From a virus (lineage: Duplodnaviria > Caudoviricetes): 55,129 nucleotides of DNA. This document shows, piece by piece, positions 39,662 through 47,932 of this stretch (position 1 is its first letter; each line of letters opens with the position of its first letter). The notes beneath the pieces were generated by a model. That model made no database searches. It was not told the origin of the DNA and worked only from the letters and a program-made list of their open reading frames with translations. The DNA lies in IMG/VR virus record IMGVR_UViG_3300014911_000007, positions 1-55,129 of that record; one strand, 5' to 3'. Position numbers and translations under genes: made by a program.

Positions 39662-40515
39662 TTTGCTAACTCCCGCAGAAGTAAGTCTTTCTTACCACTT
39701 GATAGATAGTCGGCGGGATCAGCCAACTCGCCCGGATAACTCAGGGTTACTAGTCGTCCTCGCCCGCCGATAGCATTTGCATGCTTCAATGCCGTCTCTT
39801 CCTCCCCTTGATCTGGAACGAAGCAGACGCGTGCTGGTAGGCCGGATAGCCACTCCGGTTTGAACGAGTCCTTACCGGATGTAGGCGTAGCAACCGGCAA
39901 GCGTAGAACCGCTAAAGCCAAAGCATCAATCATCCCATATACGACAAAAACTGACCGCGCCCGAAGGAACAACGGCCAGTCCGGTACGAACAGCGTAGGC
40001 GTTCCAGGACTGAGGTAGCGCAGGCCGGTCTCTTCCTGGATATGACGACCCGCTCGAAGGACAAGCGTATCAAAGTCGCCATATCGGTTATAGACCGGAA
40101 TCGTAGCCCAACCATCCCAGTAACCCAGGAGGTTGGACTCGATGCGCTCCTCTACGCCGCGCAGTTCCCAATACCACCGCATCGCCCGATTTTTCATAAC
40201 CGCTTCGTGGGCGTTTAGGGCAAGATGCTCCCGGCCCTCTTTGGTCTTAGGAACAATAGGCAGGCTATACGAGCTTGCCCCTGTACCAACAGTCTGTGGA
40301 GCCATACCATTCAAGGCGTCGTATAGCCTGCTCCATGTTCCTTGTTCCCCACACGCCAGACATCGGAACCATCCCTCACGCGCCGTTGGGTCCTTCTCGT
40401 ACACCAACAACGACGGACGGTTATCATCGTGGAACGGGCATAGGCCCGCGATGTATCCATCGTAGCGCGTTGCCTGAGGTAGTCGTTCCGCAATACTATC
40501 CAGCGTTAGTAACAT
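39652..40515 (-). CDS. DNA primase-like protein (CHC2 zinc finger + TOPRIM)
   Basis: CPFHDD.RPS...FRCLACG; VVYGMIDA; VPDQGE; DPAD. Confidence 0.85.
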   Translation of the reverse strand: MLLTLDSIAERLPQATRYDGYIAGLCPFHDDNRPSLLVYEKDPTAREGWFRCLACGEQGTWSRLYDALNGMAPQTVGTGASSYSLPIVPKTKEGREHLALNAHEAVMKNRAMRWYWELRGVEERIESNLLGYWDGWATIPVYNRYGDFDTLVLRAGRHIQEETGLRYLSPGTPTLFVPDWPLFLRARSVFVVYGMIDALALAVLRLPVATPTSGKDSFKPEWLSGLPARVCFVPDQGEEETALKHANAIGGRGRLVTLSYPGELADPADYLSSGKKDLLLRELAKWV

Positions 40516-41245
40516 CGGTCACTCCTGGGATGATTACGCCATCGGCCAACTTCTCAAAGCCCTTGACGTAGCCCCTCTCATTCACAACCACCTCAAACGG
40601 CGGACGAGTTTCCAAGAGCTTCTGGTCAAGAGCCTCTAAGATAACGTATGGGTCGTCCGACCAGGGGATATTCTCGTTCTGGAAGTCGAGACCGGCACAC
40701 CGCAATAGGGCCTCCATCTGACGCGCCCAGCCGCTCCACCACCTGCCGTGGCCTACAATCTTGGTCGTTCCGTCGCCCTTAGGCCGGAACACCCACACCG
40801 CACGATGGCGCAGATAGCCACCCTTCCATTCGGTATTGAGAATCTCAAACTGCATTGGGATAATTTGATGTTCTGGGAGCCACCCTTGATGCCCATTCTT
40901 AAACCTGATGGCACGACCACCATCATCATACATTCTGGGTTCTCCCGTTTCTTGGTCCCTTTCGATACCGCTGTACCGAACGATGAATTTCGTTCGTGTT
41001 TCGGTACCCATCGGGCTGACTTGGTACAACGAATCCCCTTCGCCAGACAACCGGAAATAGGCCGGTTCGTACACAGTATTCGGAGCCAAGTTCTCAGGAA
41101 GCGGCCAGAATACCTTATCAAAGGGGATGACGAAGGTGCGTCCCATGTCCTCGCCGTCCATTTTGATAATCTGAACAGCACCCTCCAGGATAATCATCTT
41201 ACCACGACCACTCGGTCCACTCTCGCCACGGATATCAACGTCCAT
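40496..41245 (-). CDS. Hypothetical protein (possible ssDNA-binding protein)
   Basis: 249 aa, beta- and aromatic-rich, in the replication cluster; function is a guess from position. Confidence 0.6.
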   Translation of the reverse strand: MDVDIRGESGPSGRGKMIILEGAVQIIKMDGEDMGRTFVIPFDKVFWPLPENLAPNTVYEPAYFRLSGEGDSLYQVSPMGTETRTKFIVRYSGIERDQETGEPRMYDDGGRAIRFKNGHQGWLPEHQIIPMQFEILNTEWKGGYLRHRAVWVFRPKGDGTTKIVGHGRWWSGWARQMEALLRCAGLDFQNENIPWSDDPYVILEALDQKLLETRPPFEVVVNERGYVKGFEKLADGVIIPGVTDVTNAG

Positions 41246-41411
41246 CTTGCATTTCCTCCTTGTGATCTTCCAGTCTCATTACACCATAGTAGACATTCAT
41301 CGCCCGTCTAGCCAACCAATACCTCTCAACCGCGTTGGCTACAGAATCAACAACAAGAGACAGTCTTGCCACTTGCTTGATTAGCTCGTTCAGCCTCTCG
41401 ACATCATCCAT
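41235..41411 (-). CDS. Small hypothetical protein (58 aa, not in the ORF track)
   Basis: MDDVERLNELIKQVARL...DGR; GGAGG SD; fills the gap exactly. Confidence 0.55.
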   Translation of the reverse strand: MDDVERLNELIKQVARLSLVVDSVANAVERYWLARRAMNVYYGVMRLEDHKEEMQDGR

Positions 41412-41850
41412 TCCCCTCCTCCTGCTTTTGTTTTAGCAAAGCCTTCTGCTTGGCAAACAAGTCGGCGGCAATATTCGAGACACGCTCCCGCTCTGCCTCT
41501 ATTGCCTCTGGCGTAGGTAGGTCCAGTAGCTCTTGTTTCGCCGTGTGAACGTCCTTCTCCACTACCGGCGTTGCCGTAACAATCGGCGGTGTCTCAACTT
41601 CCGACAAACTAGGAGCGTATGGCGGCTTTACATTAGCCCGTCCACCCTGATGGACAAACGGCCCAACCACCTGATTGTAGACCTCAACCAGCGCGCCGGG
41701 CTGAAGCACAACCATGCCGCCTTCCTCCCGAATTAGATGGTCAGGGATTTCAATTTCGACATAGGTTTGCTGAGGCCGCAAAATGGGCCTAAACGGCTTA
41801 TAGCGTTTCGCGTCCGGTTCAACTGATTCGATCTGCCACAATAGTTTCAT
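41404..41850 (-). CDS. Hypothetical protein
   Basis: Start MKLLWQ with GGAGG SD. Confidence 0.65.
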   Translation of the reverse strand: MKLLWQIESVEPDAKRYKPFRPILRPQQTYVEIEIPDHLIREEGGMVVLQPGALVEVYNQVVGPFVHQGGRANVKPPYAPSLSEVETPPIVTATPVVEKDVHTAKQELLDLPTPEAIEAERERVSNIAADLFAKQKALLKQKQEEGNG

Positions 41851-42569
41851 CCTACACCTCCGCACTTCACTCGATATAGGTCAATCTCGTATTGGAATTT
41901 CAGTCGGTACGGTTCGGGGACCTCCTTCCCTTCAAGGAATCGCTGGAGCCAATACGCTTCCAGCCCTCGCAGGAACATAAGCCACTCTGTATCCAACCTG
42001 TTAGGGTACTGATAAGTATGCACGCATCCCGCCTCTTTGTCAAGATGTAGCAGATAGAGTTTCGGGTACACGCCCTTGTGGATACGAAGAAGCTCGGCGT
42101 ACGAAGCAAGCTGAATGCGGTGCTCCATCCAGATGGATGATGATGTCTTGAAGTCGATGAGGGAGTACATGCCATCCACAACCGCCTCGAAGTCAATGGT
42201 CCCGCCATAGTATAGGTCCTTGTGGGTTAGCTGTACCTCGCTGCCAACCGCCTCCACGTTGTTCTTCTCCACCCATTCCTCAAAGCCTCCCAAGCATCCC
42301 TCCGCAGTCTCGACATACGCTGGCGGGTACTCGCCGCGCGGGAACTCCCGTCCCGTTAGAAGCTCCTCAATAAGGCCGTGCGCTATCGTCCCGATATCTG
42401 CCGCTTCGTCTCGTACCTTGAACGGGTCTTCGCCTGCCAATGCCGTCTTCCGTGCCCAACCAATTAACGCTCTCTTATTGTAGCCCAGCACATCAACAAC
42501 TGTCGTAGCTCCGGGCACCCGCAAGCCATCAACATAGTAACGCTGGTGCGCCTTAGTTCTTCCGCCCAT
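41847..42569 (-). CDS. PD-(D/E)XK exonuclease (RecB/Cas4-like fold)
   Basis: PGATTV, GTIAH, SE...YGGTID...IDFKTS...QLASYA. Confidence 0.88.
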   Translation of the reverse strand: MGGRTKAHQRYYVDGLRVPGATTVVDVLGYNKRALIGWARKTALAGEDPFKVRDEAADIGTIAHGLIEELLTGREFPRGEYPPAYVETAEGCLGGFEEWVEKNNVEAVGSEVQLTHKDLYYGGTIDFEAVVDGMYSLIDFKTSSSIWMEHRIQLASYAELLRIHKGVYPKLYLLHLDKEAGCVHTYQYPNRLDTEWLMFLRGLEAYWLQRFLEGKEVPEPYRLKFQYEIDLYRVKCGGVG

Positions 42570-42880
42570 TACACCCTACTCCTTTCCGGCTTAACAAACC
42601 GTGACCACATGGCATCCCAGAACCACCTGCGTGTATCCCGATCAAACCAAGAGATAGCCCGTGCATGGGCAATCTTCCGTCCAAGTGCAAGATCGTACTT
42701 GTAATGCGGCGGGTGAACGGCGACGCCCTGCGTCACGTGGTGCCACACCCCCTGGTCGCGGCGATAAATATCACAGACCAGCACACAACGTCCGTTCCCG
42801 TTGATTCTATGCTCGTCGAACGTCACTTTGTAGGTGTGCCCATCCACTTCCAATTGGTAGAGTCCAGCACTAGTTAACAT
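42569..42880 (-). CDS. Hypothetical protein
   Basis: GVAVHPP..YD...GRKIA..RA pattern. Confidence 0.6.
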   Translation of the reverse strand: MLTSAGLYQLEVDGHTYKVTFDEHRINGNGRCVLVCDIYRRDQGVWHHVTQGVAVHPPHYKYDLALGRKIAHARAISWFDRDTRRWFWDAMWSRFVKPERSRV

Positions 42881-43085
42881 CTTTCCCTTCCTCCTCTTGT
42901 CTCCACGTCTCGCTGTATACACCGAGAGAGAAATCTTCCAGCGAGTACGGTACGTCCGCCAATCTATCCCTTAGAAAGTCTATAAGGGTGGCAACTACTC
43001 GCCGAAGCTGCTGAACCTGTTCGTCCAATTTATCAACGCGCTCTCTCAGTGTGACATCCTGAAAGATATCAGGCTCCGTCTTCAT
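42870..43085 (-). CDS. Hypothetical protein
   Basis: 71 aa, GGAGG SD. Confidence 0.6.
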   Translation of the reverse strand: MKTEPDIFQDVTLRERVDKLDEQVQQLRRVVATLIDFLRDRLADVPYSLEDFSLGVYSETWRQEEEGKDVN

Positions 43086-43096
43086 CTTCCTCCTCC

Positions 43097-43303
43097 TTAC
43101 TCGCCTCCCTCGTCGTTAAAACAGATCGCGTCAAGCATGCTCATCACCCTCACCTGCTCAGCATCTATCGCCTTCACGCGCTCCTCTCTCTCCGCCATAT
43201 AGATACACACGGCGCATGGCTCGACAAGAATTCGGCCATCATCCTCCTCATAGCGTAAAGGGATGCCACACTTCAAGCATCGAACCCTCAACTTATCGCC
43301 CAT
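43097..43303 (-). CDS. Small zinc-ribbon protein
   Basis: CLKC...CAVC. Confidence 0.6.
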   Translation of the reverse strand: MGDKLRVRCLKCGIPLRYEEDDGRILVEPCAVCIYMAEREERVKAIDAEQVRVMSMLDAICFNDEGGE

Positions 43304-44921
43304 CACGCACCTCCTTGAGAATATCCCACACAATGCTTTGGGGCTCGTCAATGCCAATAATATCGCCTAGTATTTTGCGCTTCCTCTCGATAAGCGCAGC
43401 CATGTGCTCGTCGATTGTATTCTCCGCAACCAAATACCACGCTGTCACCGCGTTCTTCTGACCCATTCGATGTAGACGGCTCTCCATCTGCTCCTCTTTC
43501 GCGGGCGTCCACTCCCGCTCTACAAAGAGGATATCAGCGATAGTAATACCGTCCACTCCAAATAGGTCAATTCCTTCTCCTCCAGCAGATGTTGTAATGA
43601 GGATTCTAGGCGTTTCTTGGCTCTGAAACCTAGTGACCCTTTCATCTCGTGTCTTAGCATCGACACTACCTGTGATAGTTGTGACCTCATAGTCAAGCCT
43701 CCTTTCCAACTCCTCCACTGTCTCGTGGTGGTGGCAGTATACCACAAGTTTCTCGCCACCGCTCGCAAGGAAATCGTGAATCCATTCGACTGCTATTGGC
43801 ACCTTATTCTTACCAACCGCCCGACGTAGCAGGTTCAAGCGGTCCAATGCGTTGACGTAGAACCCCTTGTGGTTTGGGTCCATGTTCTTGATAGCTTCTC
43901 GGACCGACGCCGACAGCCTCCGATACTCTGTCATCTCAGGAATTCGAATCGGTATGTTAATCCTCGTAAGCTCTGGTAGCTGATCAAGCACTTGCTGCTT
44001 CAAGCGCCTAATCATATACGGCACTAGCCGCTCCGTAAGTTCCTCCCGGTTTGTCGCCCCGCGCCACTCATCCCGCTGACCACCACAATAGCGAATTCCA
44101 AACGGATAGAAATAAACCCACTCATTCGCATTTAGAAAGTGGAGCATATTCCATAGCTCCGCTGGTCGGCTTAGAAACGGCGTGCCACTCAGACCAAGAA
44201 GGTAAGGCGACTTGAAGGCTAACATCTGCGCAGCCTGTACGCGGAGCGTTTTGTTCTTTCGCCCCTTCAAGTAGTGGCACTCGTCAAAGATAGTGAGGTC
44301 GTAGCCCCACTCCATAAGTTCCAGCACGCGCCGCCGCATGATATCATAAGACATGATGTGTAAGCGACCATGCTCTAGCGGCGTCTTACTAGTCGAGATG
44401 ACCTGCGGCTCGAAGCGTGACCACCTCCGCACCTCTCGCTCCCACTTATAGATAACAGATGCCGGGGCGACTACCAGCACGGTGGTAATGTCGTTGTGCA
44501 GATCAGCCCATGTTAGCGAGACGACCGTTTTGCCGAGGCCCATAGCATCCCCAACTAGACACCGACCACCAGCCTCTTCGATATAACAGACCGCGGCTGT
44601 CTGGTAGGGCCTCAGCCGCGGAATAGAGATTTGGTCGGTTGGATCAAGGATTTCGCGCATAGCTTTCAAGCGATGGTATTTGTCTACAAGGTCATGTACC
44701 TCCTTCGTAGCGATCTCACACTTCGGCACAACCTTCATCGCGTACCAGGGAGTAGCAGGGACAGTCCAGTACCCTCCCTTCATATGAGCGTCGCGACAGA
44801 ACGCACACCTACAACGCTTTCTATGCCACTTGGATTCAGGAAGCGATTTGACCCAGGCAATTTTGGACCTGTCGAACTGAAATGTCAAGATGATACGATG
44901 TTTGTAGACACGAGCAATCAC
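43293..44921 (-). CDS. SNF2-family (SMARCAL1/HARP-like) helicase
   Basis: LRPYQ, DAMGLGKT, FDECH, LSGTP, GGEGIDL, QMESRLHRMGQ. Confidence 0.92.
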   Translation of the reverse strand: MIARVYKHRIILTFQFDRSKIAWVKSLPESKWHRKRCRCAFCRDAHMKGGYWTVPATPWYAMKVVPKCEIATKEVHDLVDKYHRLKAMREILDPTDQISIPRLRPYQTAAVCYIEEAGGRCLVGDAMGLGKTVVSLTWADLHNDITTVLVVAPASVIYKWEREVRRWSRFEPQVISTSKTPLEHGRLHIMSYDIMRRRVLELMEWGYDLTIFDECHYLKGRKNKTLRVQAAQMLAFKSPYLLGLSGTPFLSRPAELWNMLHFLNANEWVYFYPFGIRYCGGQRDEWRGATNREELTERLVPYMIRRLKQQVLDQLPELTRINIPIRIPEMTEYRRLSASVREAIKNMDPNHKGFYVNALDRLNLLRRAVGKNKVPIAVEWIHDFLASGGEKLVVYCHHHETVEELERRLDYEVTTITGSVDAKTRDERVTRFQSQETPRILITTSAGGEGIDLFGVDGITIADILFVEREWTPAKEEQMESRLHRMGQKNAVTAWYLVAENTIDEHMAALIERKRKILGDIIGIDEPQSIVWDILKEVRDGR

Positions 44922-44956
44922 AAGACCTCCCTTCGTGCAGAGGAGATTCCGATGCT

Positions 44957-44985
44957 ATTATACCCAAGGCAAATTGGCCTGTCAA
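44957..44985 (-). promoter_or_regulatory. Perfect-consensus promoter of the replication operon
   Basis: Minus strand TTGACA-17-TATAAT. Confidence 0.88.
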
Positions 44986-45006
44986 GCGGAATCTCCAGGC
45001 AGTTGA

Positions 45007-45024
45007 TTGTGAATTTCTTCACAG
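45007..45024. promoter_or_regulatory. Rex/CRP-like operator 1
   Basis: TTGTGAA-TTTC-TTCACAG; 1 mismatch to TTGTGAA-N4-TTCACAA; contains TGTGA-N6-TCACA. Confidence 0.7.
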
Positions 45025-45090
45025 CCCGTATTGTTTAAGGATTTAAGTATTTAATTAATTAACCCTTAAGATTCATTAAATAGATACAGG
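45025..45090. other. AT-rich core (possible origin or UP elements)
   Basis: TTTAAGGATTTAAGTATTTAATTAATTAACCCTTAAGATTCATTAAAT in an otherwise GC-rich genome. Confidence 0.5.
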
Positions 45091-45108
45091 TTGTGACTAA
45101 TTTCACAA
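45091..45108. promoter_or_regulatory. Rex/CRP-like operator 2
   Basis: TTGTGAC-TAAT-TTCACAA; contains TGTGA-N6-TCACA. Confidence 0.7.
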
Positions 45109-45117
45109 ACTCCTAAG

Positions 45118-45130
45118 AGTAAGGCTTACT
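45118..45130. repeat. AGTAA-N3-TTACT palindrome touching a -35 box
   Basis: AGTAAGGCTTACT; its last base is the first base of TTGCCT. Confidence 0.85.
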
Positions 45131-45158
45131 TGCCTTGCCTGCTAATCCGTGCTATAAT
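45130..45158 (+). promoter_or_regulatory. Promoter of the HNH gene
   Basis: TTGCCT-17-TATAAT with extended -10 (TG-C-TATAAT). Confidence 0.75.
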
Positions 45159-45163
45159 TCGAT

Positions 45164-45379
45164 TTGATGGTAACGAACTCGGCCTACTACCCACTTGGCA
45201 TGTGTCAACGATGCAGGTGTAAGCCTGCTGTAGTTCGTCATCATATTGTCCCTCGTGGAATGGGCGGCTCCGATGATCCGGACAACCTCATCCCGCTCTG
45301 CCTTGAGTGTCATGAATGGGTACACGCCCACGGCCCTCAAAGGCTTGTAGATTACCTTCGTTCCCTCCTTGACAGCTAG
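45164..45379 (+). CDS. HNH endonuclease
   Basis: CQRC...HHIVPRGMGGSDDPDNLIPLCLECHEWVH. Confidence 0.9.
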   Translation: MMVTNSAYYPLGMCQRCRCKPAVVRHHIVPRGMGGSDDPDNLIPLCLECHEWVHAHGPQRLVDYLRSLLDS

Positions 45380-45397
45380 ACACCAGTATAGTAAACT
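45369..45397 (+). promoter_or_regulatory. Promoter facing a non-coding structured region
   Basis: TTGACA-17-TAAACT. Confidence 0.7.
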
Positions 45398-45403
45398 CTG
45401 AGT

Positions 45404-45610
45404 GCGTCTATCCGCGGGCACCCCGTGCTTCCTAGCTCGTCTCGCCAGCGGGCTTCACTGCGATAGAAAGCGGGTCGCTCCCGCTTTCGAGGGTGGCACC
45501 CGGTGCAGTGACGAGATAGAACGAGGTCAGGAGGGGTGTCCCCTGGTGGACCGAGGCGTCAGCGTGCAAGTTATTTAGTTTGGCCCGCGCGCCTCGGTCC
45601 ATCTTGGTTT
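45404..45610 (+). ncRNA. Candidate ~200-nt structured non-coding RNA
   Basis: Nested complementary segments plus a terminal 12-bp stem; no credible ORF; own promoter. Confidence 0.55.
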
Positions 45611-45611
45611 A

Positions 45612-45899
45612 CTAGTCTACGACGGTGAAGCCTGCGTTGTTTAGTGCCTTCTCGTGGTCCATCCCGCCCCGAAATGAGCCTTCCAGTTCGAGCCAATCAA
45701 GGACGTTTCCATCCTTGTCGCACGGGAAGATATAGGTTTCGGGCAGGCCGGTGTCGGGGGCGAACGAAATAGCGGACACGGCGACAAACTTTGTCTCGCC
45801 CTTCTCCGTCCATCCGTACTCAACTGGCTCTGACAACTCGTAGAGTTTGGCGCGGCCCCTCCATCCTTCCAGCTTCTTAATAAAGCGTGCAGTCTTCAT
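45612..45899 (-). CDS. Hypothetical early protein
   Basis: 95 aa, AGGAGG SD, ETYIFPCD..G.V.DW.EL.GS motif. Confidence 0.75.
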   Translation of the reverse strand: MKTARFIKKLEGWRGRAKLYELSEPVEYGWTEKGETKFVAVSAISFAPDTGLPETYIFPCDKDGNVLDWLELEGSFRGGMDHEKALNNAGFTVVD

Positions 45900-45927
45900 G
45901 TTACACCTCCTTTGTTTATATGCGCCC

Positions 45928-46269
45928 TTACCACCAGCCTATGAGCGAAGCTCCCACGTCTGCATAGCCCTTGAACATACGGACTAGATCGTCCCATTCC
46001 TTCATGCTCAGGATGTTATGCCTCTCTAGCCACTCCTCCGTGGGTTCGTAGGCTGCCAAGGCGTCAGCGATCCGCTTTACGTCTTCCGGCTTCATCTGCT
46101 CCTGGTACAGCGACACCCCAGACACCTCCTCAATGGCACAATTGTAGACCTTCCCTCTGAAGCTGCCTTCTCCGTGGCCTGAGAACATACCACCGCATAG
46201 CTGCAATGGCGGGTCAAATGTTGGCTTCTTTGTGTCCTCAGGTACTTCCCAAAAGCTATCTAATCCCAT
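45928..46269 (-). CDS. Hypothetical early protein
   Basis: 113 aa, MGLD start, AGGAGG SD. Confidence 0.75.
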   Translation of the reverse strand: MGLDSFWEVPEDTKKPTFDPPLQLCGGMFSGHGEGSFRGKVYNCAIEEVSGVSLYQEQMKPEDVKRIADALAAYEPTEEWLERHNILSMKEWDDLVRMFKGYADVGASLIGWW

Positions 46270-46271
46270 CG

Positions 46272-46481
46272 TTAGCCTCCTTTCGTGGTTAGGTTATCAT
46301 AGCCGACGAGTTCCCACACATCTACCCACTCAGCTTTGCAGTCGTGGCACACTACGTCGGCGTATCCCGTAGCACCATCGGCCTCAATGTAGCCCGAGGC
46401 AATGTTGTCGCTGCCGCAGGCCGGACAGCGGTATCCTCCCTCAGCAACGTATTGTTTGCTAAGAAGTTTCGGTGTACTCAT
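46272..46481 (-). CDS. Zinc-ribbon protein
   Basis: CPACGS...CHDC. Confidence 0.7.
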   Translation of the reverse strand: MSTPKLLSKQYVAEGGYRCPACGSDNIASGYIEADGATGYADVVCHDCKAEWVDVWELVGYDNLTTKGG

Positions 46482-46503
46482 CTTTGCCTCCTTTTTGATG
46501 CTC

Positions 46504-46532
46504 TTGACATAATTTAGGTTTTGTGGTATATA
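46504..46532 (+). promoter_or_regulatory. Promoter-like element antisense to the early genes
   Basis: TTGACA-17-TATATA; shares CTTGACATAAT...TGGTAT with the promoters at 332 and 16381. Confidence 0.65.
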
Positions 46533-46729
46533 GTAAGTGTCTCCTCTCCTCCCTTCGTTCGCTCCGTGGCGGTATCCCCACCCTCACGGAGCGTCTTCTT
46601 AAGGGCATTGTATCGTCGCGCCCACTTGCACCGGTTGCATTCGCAGCCGCTCCATGAGTGGTCGATGATGAACGAGTACGCCTCGTCCAGTAGCTCGACG
46701 GCGATCTTTAGCAGGTAACGTTCGACCAT
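46514..46729 (-). CDS. Hypothetical protein
   Basis: 71 aa, H...CECNRC, AGGAG SD. Confidence 0.6.
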   Translation of the reverse strand: MVERYLLKIAVELLDEAYSFIIDHSWSGCECNRCKWARRYNALKKTLREGGDTATERTKGGEETLTIYHKT

Positions 46730-46748
46730 TCTACGCTCCTTTTCCGGC

Positions 46749-46934
46749 TCACTTGTTTAGCCACGCTGCGAACAGGTGGTAGGCAGCACGAAAGTTCAGT
46801 AATGCTAGGGCAATCTCCAAAATCCCCATAGTAATGGGGAGGATGCCGTCGGGCGTTTTGAGCCAGCATATGCCGACGGCTGCGAGTGCGCCTCCTACAA
46901 CTAGGAAGAGTATGGCAAACAGTAAGTTAATCAT
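46749..46934 (-). CDS. Small membrane protein (2 TM)
   Basis: Two hydrophobic segments. Confidence 0.65.
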   Translation of the reverse strand: MINLLFAILFLVVGGALAAVGICWLKTPDGILPITMGILEIALALLNFRAAYHLFAAWLNK

Positions 46935-47233
46935 TGTTTTCCTCCTTCCTCGACAGTCCTGTCAATGATAGCTTCTTCGATGTTGTCATATTTGTCTAGG
47001 TCGATTAGCCCTTTACCCAGTGCCCAGGCAAGGGCGACGCTAGTTTTGGCGACTTCCCGAGCGAGGAACAAGTCACTAGAAGCGCCTAGTAGAGCGACGA
47101 TGCGATTCAGCACCACACGCTCTGCAAGTGGGATGGAGGTGTTGGATGCCTTCATCTCCTTGACCATCTTGTTGCACTCTTCCACAACCGCGTCGATGTT
47201 TTCTATTCCAATAGCCTCGTCGTATGTAATCAT
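46931..47233 (-). CDS. Hypothetical protein, paralog C of the MIT...LGxGL family
   Basis: MITYDEAI...LAERVVLNR...LGKGLIDLDKYDN. Confidence 0.7.
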   Translation of the reverse strand: MITYDEAIGIENIDAVVEECNKMVKEMKASNTSIPLAERVVLNRIVALLGASSDLFLAREVAKTSVALAWALGKGLIDLDKYDNIEEAIIDRTVEEGGKQ

Positions 47234-47619
47234 GATTCTTTCCTCCTTTCCAAGAGTAGTCTCAATAGCCACTTTTCGATCTCCGCCTGCATTTCGACCA
47301 CCGTCTTTCCGCGGATTAGAAGATATGGGATGCCATGCTTCTCGCAGTACTCGCGCTTGCGACGGATGGTGCGCTTGTATTTGCTGCCGGGGTGCATGTT
47401 AGGCAGGTCGATAAATACAAGCTCGCCATCTACGTCTGCGGCTATGTTAATCCAGCCGTACCAGTCCCCATCGCTGATTTCGTACTCCAGGCCGACGATT
47501 TTCAGGCGGCTTTTCATGACCGCTTGGATTAGCCGCCACTCCATCTGCGATGGGTGCTCGCGCTTGTAATCGTGAATCATGCGCGCCCGTTTGTAACCTG
47601 CTTCACGAAATTTATTCAT
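47230..47619 (-). CDS. Degenerate Vsr/DUF559-like nuclease-fold protein
   Basis: SQME...EYEI...INIA...FID...KREYCEKHGIPYLLI. Confidence 0.55.
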   Translation of the reverse strand: MNKFREAGYKRARMIHDYKREHPSQMEWRLIQAVMKSRLKIVGLEYEISDGDWYGWINIAADVDGELVFIDLPNMHPGSKYKRTIRRKREYCEKHGIPYLLIRGKTVVEMQAEIEKWLLRLLLERRKES

Positions 47620-47623
47620 TGCT

Positions 47624-47920
47624 TTATTGTTCCCTCCTTTTTGCGGAAAAGAACCCCGGTCTTAGCTCGTCAATAGCTAAGATTAGAAGTTCGGCAAGGC
47701 GGCTCAGGCTGAGTACGGCGTCGACGTATCCTGTGCCATCGCACTTTTTGCACTTTCGGCGGTTGTCTGTCAATTTGTCCGGCGGGTGGGCGCAGCCGTG
47801 TGTTGGCGTAGGGTCGTTCAAGCAATAGCCGCAGGCGTCGCAGTACCATCCACCGATGAAACCGGTACCGCGACAGTTAGAACACGGGACCCTGGCTTTA
47901 ATTTGGTATTCTCTGTCCAT
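47624..47920 (-). CDS. DnaJ-type zinc-finger protein
   Basis: CSNCRGTG...CDAC...CKKCDGTG. Confidence 0.7.
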   Translation of the reverse strand: MDREYQIKARVPCSNCRGTGFIGGWYCDACGYCLNDPTPTHGCAHPPDKLTDNRRKCKKCDGTGYVDAVLSLSRLAELLILAIDELRPGFFSAKRREQ

Positions 47921-47932
47921 TTGACTCTCCTT

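Noticed and set aside
41847-42569. CRISPR-associated Cas4
   Set aside because: Lacks the four-Cys cluster and any cas context; looks like an ordinary phage exonuclease.
423-44900. Many 60-190 aa opposite-strand or alternate-frame ORFs in the track (e.g. 3975-4442, 7148-7675, 17874-18344, 36559-37071, 40748-41311)
   Set aside because: They lie wholly within well-supported genes and have no SD or motifs; expected shadow ORFs in GC-rich DNA.
45404-45610. tRNA, tmRNA or hammerhead ribozyme
   Set aside because: No T-loop/D-loop/CCA pattern, no tag frame and no CUGAUGA core.
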